A stretch of 34,620 nucleotides of DNA from Octopus bimaculoides (Eukaryota). Positions within the stretch are counted from its first letter, which is position 1, and every line of letters starts with the position of its first letter. Under the pieces are notes generated by a model. That model saw nothing but the letters and a program-made list of their open reading frames with translations. It had not been told where the DNA came from and did no database searches. Where the stretch lies: contig NC_068984.1 of NCBI RefSeq assembly GCF_001194135.2, positions 92,526,384 to 92,561,003 on the forward strand, given 5' to 3'. Made by a program: the position numbers and the translations under genes. Below are positions 21,891-33,293 of this stretch, piece by piece.

Positions 21891-23399
21891 GAGGTTTGTC
21901 TTGTAACTTGTAAGGTGAAACTGAAGTGCCCTTGTAACTTGGAGGGAGAAACCCCTGTATCTTGATAGGTCAGTTACTTTAAGCAAGAAATCAAGAGGTA
22001 AAAGGTGTGAGAACATATCCTCAGAATAACATGTCCAAGGAAGGTGAATAGAAGAGAGCATGGATACAGAAGAATCAGAGAGAATGGGTAAAATTGTGAG
22101 ATTGTGAGACCAAGAAATGGATATAAACATGGGACAAAAGTGTTCAGATGTATGTAGATGATGAATATAGTGAATAATGGACAGGAATGAGGGTGGTAAA
22201 TATGAGTAGGGGATGATGATAAGAGTGAAGGGTGGCTACCAATTGGAAGTAGCACAGAGGAGTGGGAGGGGTGACTGGCAGTAACAGAAAGCAGTAATGT
22301 ATGGTGTGTAGTAACAGGTTCTAATTTCATCTCTTACAGCAACAAACCATGTGGCTAAACTTCATGTGATTTCTATAGCAAAGAATCAATCAAGGTATTA
22401 AGAGAAAGTTGTCTGTCTTTTTAACCAACAATGAGATGTGATCATGTTTTGCAGGCATTGGCTTTTTTTAGAAACATTCCCCTTTTGCTATAGATCTATA
22501 TGTTCTACCCATGTTAAAAAAATTATTTTTATTTTAATTATATGTACTTGCTCAAGTTTTGCCATATCCCTGTCAAGATATCTTTGAATTTTTCCTAAGC
22601 ATAGGTTGATCTTTTTATTTTTAATCATATTCAGTATTTAAGTACCTTAGACTTGTAATTTTCATTAAATAATGTTCAAATATACAGTGTTATATTTGTA
22701 TCTGCTCTTTATATTTTCCTAACATTATCTTCTCTTAGCCATCATTTTTTTCTTTTCACATTTGAAATACAATGAAGGTTACTGCATGTCAATCATATAA
22801 CTTTTGTTCAAAATTTCTCTCATTAGTCAAGACATACAGAAATTCAGTATATATGGTACCTCAAACATTCAAACCCTCTTACTGCACTGCACAATATTAC
22901 ATACTATTTCCTTAAAAATATTATTAATGTAAATCATATTAACATCTTGAACATATATTAACAACCTTCAATCAGGCTAAACAGTTTACTCATAATACTT
23001 ATCCCTATCTGAACTCAATTCGTATTGTTCTATTTATCCATATTATGCAAAAGCTCTTCAGAAGTCTGTGGAATTAGTTTTGTTTTACAGCTATAGCAAG
23101 TAAAACTTTTATTACAACTATTTTGGAAAAGTGGCTTCCTTTGGTTAAAGCACCCTTGTACGATGCTAACTTCCATAATAAATGTTGAGAATTTAATGCC
23201 ACCATGTGTACATTCGGTTATGAGTTTATAGTACTGGAAGCAACTGGAAATATGACTAGTAATTAATATAGTAAATCAAAAAATGAGCAGAGAACATTAT
23301 AGAAATGATACATTACTTTTTTTAGAAAAGTATGTATATATTTTAATCAGTCATCCATAGATAAAACTATAATATTTGCATGTCATAATTCTTTCTGTG

Positions 23400-23830
23400 C
23401 GAAATGGTATCAGCTGATTGCAAGTCCTCACTGAACAGTTTTTATTTCAGAGATTTCCTTTCCCTGTATGAATTGCCTTTACTACAACTTGTGAGCATTA
23501 TCTACCCTTGATTATATTGGATGGCTATTGATTCTCTGCCCTTTGGCAGGTCTTGTTTTCCATTCCACAAGTTGTGTCCAAAAACACCTTCCTCACCAAG
23601 CAAGTTTGGTAGGGTTATCAGTTTAGTAGTAATACCTATATTATCCATTCATTACTTGTTTATTACAATAATTATGCTACATTAAATGTACAGATAATCC
23701 TTGGATACTTTGGGATATGCTGAGCGACAAACACCAGTGATATATCATTTCATCTTAGCTTTAACTGCTTACCTAAACATTTATTTACCTTAGTTTTCTG
23801 AGTTATGCTGTCTAGCCAAAACGTATAGTG
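23400..23830 (-). mobile_element. Possible decayed LINE (RTE-like) C-terminus
   Basis: Only faint motif echoes (KAKMKxYITG, EWKTRPAKG). Weak. Confidence 0.25.
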
Positions 23831-24088
23831 CACTTTACTGTTGATTTTCTTTGATCTATTTAATTGATCCTCTTATCTTGTGCTGTATCCCAAAAGCATA
23901 AAAGGTACGAAATCATAATTTTATTTTTTTCATACAGCATTAGATTAAATTAATTATTAAGAATTTATATTTTCTACAAACTTTAACATTTATTAACAAT
24001 TAATTTTTTCATAAACTATTTTATCTGCTTATGTAATCCTTGAATTGGTTAGTGACAGTAGAAACATGTTTGTTTTCTTTCTTGACAG

Positions 24089-24373
24089 ATTTGTATATTA
24101 AATACTACTGAGGAGCAATGCTCACAACTAACTAGTGTTGTGCTTGGTCAGACCATTGTGGATTTAGATGGAATTCTGAATACAATAGAGGAATTAACTG
24201 AAATGTGGACTGGAGAACCGAGAAGAATTGTGCAAGGCGGTCTCATTATCTTCTTAATCTATGTATCAAAGAAAATTATTTTTTCTAAAACTTTGAATCA
24301 ATTGCAAAAGTATACCAGAGGTTTGACTGAAAAATTCCAAGGAAATATTTCACCAATTTTCATTTTAACAAAG
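24089..24373 (+). CDS. Candidate host exon, 285 nt, phase 0/0: ICILNTTEEQCSQLTSVVLGQTIVDLDGILNTIEELTEMWTGEPRRIVQGGLIIFLIYVSKKIIFSKTLNQLQKYTRGLTEKFQGNISPIFILTK
   Basis: Acceptor ttttctttcttgacag|, donor AAG|GTAAAA, 95 open codons in very AT-rich DNA. The 3' boundary is less certain. Confidence 0.65.
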
Positions 24374-24611
24374 GTAAAAATTACTATTTTTAAACATAAG
24401 AAAATTGTATCCAAGTTAAATTTTCAAATCGATTTTTACTAAGATACGTATATATATATATAAAATTTTTTAGTAGAAGATAAAAATTTCGGTTGTCAGT
24501 AATTTATATCCAAATAAACAAAATCATGCTTCTAGTGATTTATAAGATGTGGTTGGATGGGATACGTTGTTCCATTCATGAACTTTTAGGATCAATAAAC
24601 ATATGTATATA

Positions 24612-25400
24612 TCAAATGCAAGAGAGACGACTGTGCTGGTATGGTCATGTGTTGCAAATGAATGAGGACAGCTGTGTGAAAAAGTGTCACACCCTAGCAG
24701 TTTAGAGAACCTGTGGAAGAGTTAGCCCAGGAAAACCTGGGATGAGGTGGTGAAGTACGACCTTCAAACATTGGGCCTTACCGAGGCAATGACTAGTGAC
24801 CAAGACCTTTGGAGATATGCTGTGCTTGAGAAGACCAGACAAACCAAGTGAGACCATAGCCCGTGGCCTATGCCAGTGGGTGTAACCAGCCCACTTATGG
24901 ATACCCCTCATTCACTGGACAATACACTTTGCTTGCGAAGACCTATTGAGGCAAGTGAAATCAAAATCAAAATCACTGACATGGCCAATGATAGTACCAC
25001 CTGATTGGTACTCGTGAAAGTGGAATGTTAAAAGGACATCCAAGCATAATCATTGCCAGGGCCACGGATTGACTCCTTGCCGATGGCACGTAAAAAGCAC
25101 CATTCGAGCATGATCGTTGCCAGCATCACCATACTGGCACATGTGCCGGTGGCATGTGAAAAACAACGTTCGAGCGTAGTCGTTGCCAGTGTCACCGGAT
25201 TGGTTCCTGTGCAGGTAGCACGTAAAAGCACCCACTACACTCTCAAAACGGTTGGCATTAGGAATGGCATCCAGCTGTAGAAACTTTGCCAGACCAGATT
25301 GAGCCTGGTGCAGCCTTCTGGCTCACCTGTCCTCAGTCAAACCATCCAACATATGCCAGCATGGAAAGCGGACATTAAACAATGATGATGATGTTGATGA
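24612..25400 (+). mobile_element. 3' end of an RTE-clade LINE (ORF2 C-terminus, long 3' UTR, (GAT)n tail)
   Basis: MQERRLCWYGHVLQMNEDSCVKKCHTLAV...PRKTWDEVVKYDLQTLGLTEAMTSDQDLWRYAVLEKTRQTK*, then a UTR ending gcatggaaagcggacattaaacaatgatgatgatg. Confidence 0.85.
24980..25235 (+). repeat. Four diverged ~64-66-nt tandem units in the RTE 3' UTR
   Basis: Units start at about 24980, 25045, 25109 and 25175, with consensus c(a/g)tgatcgttgccag...gtgccggtggcacgtaaaaagcacc. Confidence 0.75.
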
Positions 25401-25977
25401 TATATANNNNNNNNNNNNNNNNNNNNNNNNNNNNNNNNNNNNNNNNNNNNNNNNNNNNNNNNNNNNNNNNNNNNNNNNNNNNNNNNNNNNNNNNNNNNNN
25501 NNNNNNCCATGCTAGCATGGAAAGCAGACGTTAAACGATGATGATGATGATGTATAAATATACCATAAACAAGTATAAAAAATGGAGGAAAAAGATGTTG
25601 AATCAAAATTAGATTTAATATAAAATTTGATTCAATACATACGTATGTTTCGAAAGACAATACAAATATGTGAGAAGAAATTATAATCGTAGTAATTATA
25701 ATTAAATTTATGCATTGTCATTCTCATCAGTGTGAGGAATTTTTTGGAAGAACATCAAAAAAGGTTTAATAAGATAAAATACAATAAGAGTGAATACAAA
25801 TGGTGTAATAGGGAAAAATTGGATATTTACAAACAAGTTATAAAAGGAAAAAATAATGATAATAATAGTGAGAGAGACGAAAAAGAAAAAGGAAGACATA
25901 TCAATATGTATGCAAGTCTATATGTGCAGTAAACTATAACATAAAAATAAAAATGTAATGGATTAGAAGAAATTGCC

Positions 25978-26225
25978 AAAGTGAAATCACTTAAAATGGC
26001 ATTCCTGGATGATGTAAGAGACCAAAAGTATATGCAAATAGTTCTGGATAAACTTGATGAACTAATTACTTGGTCATGAAGTTAAAAGCATGAAGCATGA
26101 AAGTTGCACAATATGATGCTTGTCAGAGGTCAGTAAAAACAACAAAAGTTCAAAATAGGAGAATCTATGCCAGTGGTTAAATACAAACCTGCAAAAAGTT
26201 TAGAATGATAGTATGCTAACTTCTC
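25978..26225 (+). mobile_element. Decayed RLE-type (Hero-like) non-LTR RT fragment
   Basis: KMAFLDDV...QIVLDKLDELITWS..MKLK...LVRGQ..KFKIGESMPVVKYKPAKSLE (cf. AFMDD...LEELxxWxRMxFK...KPVKSLG). Confidence 0.5.
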
Positions 26226-26449
26226 CAAGAAGACAAGAAGACTGAGATCATCACACAAGAATTATGGATTACAAGTAATAGTTGTTGAAATTTACAAAGC
26301 TGTAAAGGTGCAAACAGTCATGATGATGTAAAATTACAAAACAATTTGTCAGATGTCAAAATTGCAAAAACTTGGTGCAGAGAAATTGTAATTTCACACA
26401 TAATTCCTTAATGATGCTTCAGTTTTCTCTAATATGCAATTTGTAACAC

Positions 26450-26900
26450 CTTACATTTCTCCTTGCTCAGTATACCTGATGCTTAGCTTCTTTACTGGCT
26501 ACATGGCATTGCTCCCTGTTGGTCCTATTTTTCCATTCTTTCTAGGCTTTATTTACAGTACTATTTCAGGAATTTGGCACCTTCCATATGTTTAGAGTCT
26601 TGTCTCCATATCCTCCTCCTCCTTGTCAAATTCTTCAACTGGTATTTTTTCTGATCATTCATCTGTTTGAAGGCTTATGATATGTTTTTGAAATTAGATG
26701 CATCCTCATGGCTAAGAACAAGGCACCTCAGACACAACCACCACTTGTTTTCAAACATTCTAGTCTCATGTTGCAGCTGTATATTCTGCCAGGGTTCCTT
26801 GACATCCATATTCTATCTATATCTTTATTACCTGCAAGCCCATTTTCCATCTGCTCAGCCCTCAAGGATATAAAGATGGTCAAAATATTGCAGGTCAAAT
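26450..26900 (-). mobile_element. Decayed RTE-like endonuclease-RT linker fragment
   Basis: Minus strand reads KEWKNRTNREQCHVASKEAKHQVY*AR (cf. KxWKxGGSxExYxxARREAxxQVYxAR) and NKWWLC. Confidence 0.4.
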
Positions 26901-27053
26901 GTAGATTATATATAAATTAGTTAAACTTAGACATATTAATTTATAGAAATAACCTTAAATCAAAAGCTAAAGATTTTTATTCTTTGATGCAAAATTGCTT
27001 TTGGTGGGTTTTTTTAAAGTGTTTGCTAAAATATGTTCTATCTCTTCTTGCAG

Positions 27054-27131
27054 GACATGAAGAACACTGAAAGAATTGTAAAGCTCATTAAGTCGCTTCT
27101 CTGGGAGATGTCAGATACATATACGGGACAG
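27054..27131 (+). CDS. Candidate host exon, 78 nt, phase 0/0: DMKNTERIVKLIKSLLWEMSDTYTGQ
   Basis: Acceptor tctcttcttgcag|, donor CAG|GTATTT. Only frame 0 is open, and it is compatible with 24373. Confidence 0.7.
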
Positions 27132-29824
27132 GTATTTGTACTATAAGCTACAAAATATGAAATACTTTAGCATTTAATTGCTTCATTGCACAATAAAATT
27201 GTAGGTAAAAACTTTTCAGATGAGTTATTACCACTAATAATAATTTCTTTTTATAACTTCAAAAACATTTTTTACATTTTATTCATTCTTGCTTTGAAAA
27301 GAGATGAAGTCAACATTCTCAAAACATTAATAAAAATGTTCTTCAAAACAATAAAAGTTTTATAAAAACATATAATTTGTGTTGAGCTACTGACCAGCAT
27401 GTTATTGCCATTGAGTAAAGTTTTTTTTAAATCTGTTTGCACCAGTTTACCTGACAGACAAAAACAATTACTCCAGTAAAAAAATATATTCACTGTTATT
27501 AATTTATTTTTCCATCCTCATCAAAAAATAACTATGTTTTTAACAGACAGTGAACACCTACTTTGAAAAAGCTTTCAGATTATGGTGCCAAAGTCTGGGA
27601 TTCAAATATTGCACAAGACATTTTTTGAAACAGTTTTCATCAGGTGTTTTCAATTTGAACATATTGCAATTACAATATACATATTGTAAGAAATCATTTG
27701 AAAATATTTAGATTTTGAAATTTAATTCAAGCTGAAAAATGCATTAAAAAAAGGCTAATGTGAAAATTGTGTACAGTATATTTTTATTATTCATTAAGCA
27801 TACAGATTGATTGTTCTTGTTCTTGCATGTAAAACAGTAAAATCGTGAAGATTGAGATATTAATCACTATAACATCGCATATTGACACAATGGTTACAAA
27901 TTTATTTATTGCTCCTCATTTTTCCTTTTCCTTCTTCGCATTTTATTCTAATGGAAGAATAAATTGAAAAGAGTATTAATTTTATCAAGTTTTTAATTCT
28001 TAAAGTTTTTTCCTACAAATATCTGCAACCGTTATCAAATCCTAAATTTCATGAAACTGTAGTTCAAATAGTTTTGCTGTTTGGTGAGAGTTATTCCTTT
28101 TATCTTTCCTCTTTTATTTTACTTAGTTTTCTCATTTTCATCTCATCTTTATTCTTTCTTCGCGGTTTTTTTTTTGTGTGTGTTTGAACATGTTTTATAT
28201 TTCATTCTTTTTTTCTTTCCCTATATTCTTCCATCTTATTCTCTCCCCACATTCTTCTTCCTTCCTTTATTTTCTTCAAAATCAGATAAAGTAAAATATT
28301 GTATATAAAATTCATAATTCTATAATGATTCAGCTAACATATTTTCAGAAAAGAAAAAATATGAACCAAGTTTTTGAACATCTATATAATACAAAATACC
28401 AAATGAGAAGTAACTAGTCCCACTGAGTTTTTTAATTTGAAGAACAGATGGATTTGGAAAATGCATAAAGAAGTTTTCTTTTTTCAATTTAAAAACAATC
28501 ATATTACTTATAGGACTTCAGTAAAATATTTGTAATAAAAACTTTTAGAGGTTACCATATTCAGAATATCAGCTTTTAAACAGTGGTAGAAATTTATTGT
28601 AATGTAGTTTGGCTATTTTGCAAGTAGTTTGTATCCTCAGCAAAAATGTTAAAGCCTATTTGCTTGAAAACATTCGATATTTCATTCTAATAGAAGAATA
28701 ATTTGAAAAGAGTATTAATTTTATCAAGTTTTTAGCTCTTAAAGTTTTTTCCTACAAATATCTGCAACTGTTATCAAATCTTAAATTTCATGAAACTAAA
28801 CTGAAAGTAATCACTTTTGTGTGTGAGGAAAAATTTAGCCTCATTTTAGAAAGAATTTTCTATATTTTCTATAAAAAGAATTTCTATTTGCTCCATGAGT
28901 TCATTTTTTTGCATTTTATTGAGTGAATTTCTCTAGAATTTTTCTTTCCAAGCATAATGATAGTTAGTACTTCAAACTGTAAGAGTTTGGTGATATAATT
29001 TATTGATGATCTATTTATTTATTGATAATTTAATTAGAAAAAGAGAGCTTGAATTTGGATAAATAATCGTAGATATTTCAGTGTCATCTGTTAACACCAG
29101 CAATCTAATTGTTGATATTGCATCAATACTTTTATTAGGAAATAGCATTAAAATGTATTTATTACAATAAGAGTAAATAACACTTATTTCTTGGGCCTTA
29201 TAAAACCTTTGAATGGAAAAAATGACAACATATATTGGAATTCTTTTTCTGATGGAAATTGTACAGCTTCCAAGTTACAGAGACTAACAGGAGTGCAAAT
29301 TCAGCTCAAAGACAGGAAATCAATGCCCAAAAATTGATGTCTTCTTATCAACTTAACTGCATTCAAACTACCTTGACAGGTGAGAGTAATTTGACAAGTA
29401 AAAAACATATTCACACTGTATGCCAATGATCATTATGTTGCATTAGCAAAGTACCAAGATGTCAGAATCATTAGAGCATTGGAAAAAGACCTTTTGGTAT
29501 TTCTTCCTGCAAAGATCAGCTTTGCCTTTCAGCCTTTTGGAGATCAATAAAATAAAGTACCAATCAAGTTACCAGAGTCAAATTCATTGACTCACCACTT
29601 CACCTAAAATTGCAAGCCTTTTAGAAGCAATTATATAGCAGACAATATTTGTTTGCAATTTTCAACAGCTAATTTTACACATGTTTTTTTTGCTTTCATT
29701 GTCAGTCTTTTTCTTCTTATAAAAATAACCATTTTTGCTTTATATATGTATATTTTTTTTTTTTTTTTGCAGAATAATTAACTATGGAAAATTTTGACCA
29801 AACACACACACACACACACTTCTC

Positions 29825-30880
29825 CACTTTTGGAAGTGGCATGGAATTCTCCTTCAAATATGCTCCAGAAGGACAAACAAGATTTCAGACTTCCTCAACA
29901 TCAGCAGAAGGATGGTAGAAAAGATCGGAAAGGAGCTGGAAGATTCAGGATGCAGCAGAGAGGAAAACCCTTGATCAACGATCTGACACCATCAGAATGA
30001 CAGAATTCATCACTGAAATCTAAGAGATCATTGACAATGATCATAGCAAGTTGATGCGTGCCATTGCAAGAGAGAAAGGTGCAGACAGAAAGCTCATCAG
30101 GCTGGTATGCATGAGAACATTTGCTACTTTACATACAAGATAAGGAAGGGACAATTTCTGTCTAAGGTGATGCAGGAAAAGTGACTCAAGTACACCAAGG
30201 AGCTGAGCAACAAGTTGAAACACCTGCTGGAGCCAGACATGCTGTGAGTCTTCTCCTATGAAAAGAATTTCTATCAAAGCCATAAGATCAACTTCCAGAA
30301 TAACAGATGGTTTGTTCTTTCACCCAAGGACATGCTCAGTGTCACTAGCAGTGAAGGTGACATCATGCCACCCCACTTCTTTCCTGAGAGCTTCAGGCTG
30401 AATACCGACGGCTACATCCATGATGTTCTGAGTGAGATAGTGAAGGCCTGAATCAACCAGGTAGCTGCAGGAAGGTCATACGTATGGCAACAAGACTCTC
30501 TGCCCTGCAACACCAGCCAGAAGACCCAAGCCTGGCTGTCAGAGAATTTCTTCGATCACACAGCACCTGACATTTAGCCTCCCAACTCGCCTGACTGCAA
30601 CCCCATCAACTTCCTTGTGTAGGGCACAGTGGAACAAGAGACCAACAAATCCAGTTGCAACATGATGATCTGAGAGCCAGGATTACTAGGGCCTTCAGAG
30701 GCCTAAAATAGGAGATAGTGATGAAGGTCTGTGGCCAGTTTAGAGGTTGTGTGAAGGCTGTCATTGAGGCCAAAGGCAGGTTCATCAAGTGAGATCAACA
30801 GAACATGTCGTGAAGACAAACTGACTCAAATTTGATGAATATCTCCCAAAAAATAGAAACACTTATATTTTTTCCTGAGA
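29825..30880 (+). mobile_element. maT-type (DD37D) mariner transposase remnant
   Basis: TNKISDFLNISRRMVEKI, VFSYEKNF (first D site), SEGDIMPPHFFP, YVWQQDSLPCNTSQKTQAWLSENF and PPNSPDCNPINFLV. Many stops, ends not intact. Confidence 0.8.
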
Positions 30881-31439
30881 CAGGAACACCAACCACATGC
30901 TGTACATCCAAAAAAAAAATACAGTCATATTTTTCATTAGAATTTCCAGCAGGGAATTTCTAACAGGATTAGATTTGTATAGAGAAAGCACTACAGGACT
31001 TTAAGAGTCAATGAAAGAATTTTTAAGAAAATGACATCAAAGCAATTATTTCCTATCTTTAATTTTTCTTCTACTCATAGATTTTTCTCTTTCTAGTTCT
31101 TTCTAGTTTATATTTATTGGAATATAAATATTATCTACATAAAGCATTTAATTAAAATGACAAGGAATTGATATACAGTATACAGAGATAATTCACCTTG
31201 AAAGCAAATTTTACTTCATTAAAAACAAAGAACTTAATGAATAATTAGAAAAATTCTCATTTTTGTGAGATGCTTGTGATTTTAAACAAACTGCCATTCT
31301 TTTCATGATCCACTTCTTGGTAGCAATTAAAAAAAATTACACAACACAAAATCTCTCATCACCTTAAATTACAGTAAATCCTGTTGATCCCTTTCCAAGG
31401 ACATTTCTACCAAATTAATCCTCCTATCCATAAGTCCTT

Positions 31440-32330
31440 GAGATGGCTTTGTAAGCAGTACTTTTGCAAAGAAAACAACATTCACTGACCATTTTGCTTC
31501 TAATTTCACATTGTAATGTGAAATTCCAAGCACAACCGCACAAGCAACCAGACTCCTTTACCAATCTCTCTCAGACATATACATTTTGAGTCCAAAAGCA
31601 CCTCTGATTATGTCCCTTCTTTTACCCTCAGACAGTGCTCAGTAGCTAACTTCTATCCTCACCAAACTCTGATCATGCCACAGTATATCTCATGCCAAAG
31701 AAGGGAAACCCTGTCAACTATTCATGTAATGCTTCCAACAATCTCTCTTTTTGAGACTCTACATCTGTGATCACCAGTATGCTTCCATAGATCACCAGTC
31801 TGCTTCCAACAGATACCTGTTCTCTCCTGTCATCTTTGATGTTGTTATATTTGATATCAACAAAGCTTTGGACGTTTCTGACTTGAGAATCTACTAGCTA
31901 AGCTGTCTGCTTATAGCATTCATACATCTCTCATCTCTTACAAATTGGTGGCAACATATATCTATATAATCTTAGATTGGAAGCTTAGTCATGTTACAGC
32001 ATGCAATCAAAGGACTCTCACTAAAGACTATGTACCATAGATAGGCTTTGTCCTCACATTTTTCTTCTTATATATTAACTTGTTTGCTGTTGCTACAACA
32101 TTAATTTCTCAGAAGATTATACCATACTTCACTTTTCCTTAACCTTTCACATAGAAAGACATAGTCCAAATGCAACCTAAACACCTCATATCAAACTTGT
32201 TGTCTGTTTCAACATTACAATTATAGCTTATATCTAAAAACAATCTTGTATCTCAACCTCTCTAGTTCTGAACATGTTGTACAGTTGCTACAAAGGCCTC
32301 CTGATTATGATGATCTTCCTTGAGAATTCC
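31440..32330 (+). mobile_element. Heavily decayed CR1/Jockey-group LINE RT
   Basis: FTDHFASNFTL, MPKKGNP..NY, HQYA, FDINKA, NLLAKLSAYSI, and a VPxG...FFLYIN echo. Confidence 0.5.
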
Positions 32331-32354
32331 ATCTATATACAAAACAAATATTAT

Positions 32355-32755
32355 AGGCATAGGCGTGACTGCATGGTTAAGAAGTTTGCTTCCCAACTAC
32401 ATGGTTCTTGTCCCACTGTGTAGCACCTTGGGCAAATATCTTCTATGACACCCCTAAGCAAACCAAAGCCTTGTGAGTAGATTTGGTACGCAGAAACTAA
32501 AAAAACTCATCATATGTGTATATATATATATAAGCATGTGTGTGTGAGTGAGTGTATTTTTGTCTTTCCTTGTCTTGAGATTGCATGATAGTTGTAAATG
32601 AGTGTCACTGTCATGCAAGTGGCATCAGTCATATTGACTATTCTGTGAAAATGTGTCTGGTCATGAGGAAATACCTTGCTTAGAAACAGGTGAGAGTTGG
32701 TGTCACAAAGGGCATCTGACTGTAGAAATTCTGTCTCAACAAACTCCATAGACAT
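32355..32755 (+). mobile_element. tRNA-derived SINE with the same head as 5018 but a different, RTE-like tail
   Basis: The head ggcgtgactgcatggttaagaagtttgcttcccaac...ccaaagccttgtgagtagatttggta matches 5018-5170. The tail gttggtgtcacaaagggcatctgactgtagaaa resembles the RTE UTR at 25250-25283. Confidence 0.75.
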
Positions 32756-32804
32756 TAGACAATAATGAAGATGATGCTGATAATATATATATACACATAT
32801 ATGT

Positions 32805-33139
32805 AAAGACCCCTTTCAGTCACAAACGATTATAGATTGCACCTAGGAAGTTCCCTCAGAAGCACAAGTACAGGCAAGGTTGTTTGTGGAAGACCAGCAG
32901 TGGCCCCTATATACCAGTCTCCCCTCTCCATGCCACTGATGTTGTTCAAGGGAAAAGCAGAGGCCAATACAGCTTGGCACCAGTGATGTCGCAACTCATT
33001 TCTACAGCTGAGGGAACTGGAGCAACATGAAAAAGAAGTGTCTTGCTCTAGAACACAAAACAGTTCAGTCAGAGAATGAAACTCACAACCTCACAATTGT
33101 AAGCCCAACATTCTAACCACTAAGCTATGCGGCTTCACT
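32805..33139 (-). mobile_element. tRNA-derived CORE-type SINE (second head type)
   Basis: The reverse complement reads gcatagcttagtggttagaatgttggg (A-box-like) followed by gtgttctagagcaagacacttc..ttgctccagt...ctcagctg (CORE-like). Confidence 0.7.
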
Positions 33140-33140
33140 T

Positions 33141-33187
<47 letters not shown>

Positions 33188-33254
33188 CTTAATAAAGAGA
33201 ATGAATGGGAGGAAGAGAGTCTGCCGCATGTCGACCCAACAGAGNNNNNNNNNN

Positions 33255-33290
<36 letters not shown>

Positions 33291-33293
<3 letters not shown>

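Noticed and set aside
22930-23260. Possible plus-strand Naiad relic (PYYAKALQKS, LWLKHP)
   Set aside because: Too degraded to distinguish from chance by eye.
24228-24245. Possible GC-AG donor (CAAG|GCGGTC) for the 24089 exon
   Set aside because: Poor match at +4 to +6 and the wrong phase for the next exon. The GT donor at 24374 fits better.
24980-25235. CRISPR-like repeat array
   Set aside because: The units are contiguous and diverged, with no unique spacers, inside a eukaryotic LINE UTR.
25353-25553. RTE tail repeated on both sides of the 100-N gap
   Set aside because: The copies differ slightly but straddle a gap, so a tandem tail cannot be separated from an assembly artefact.
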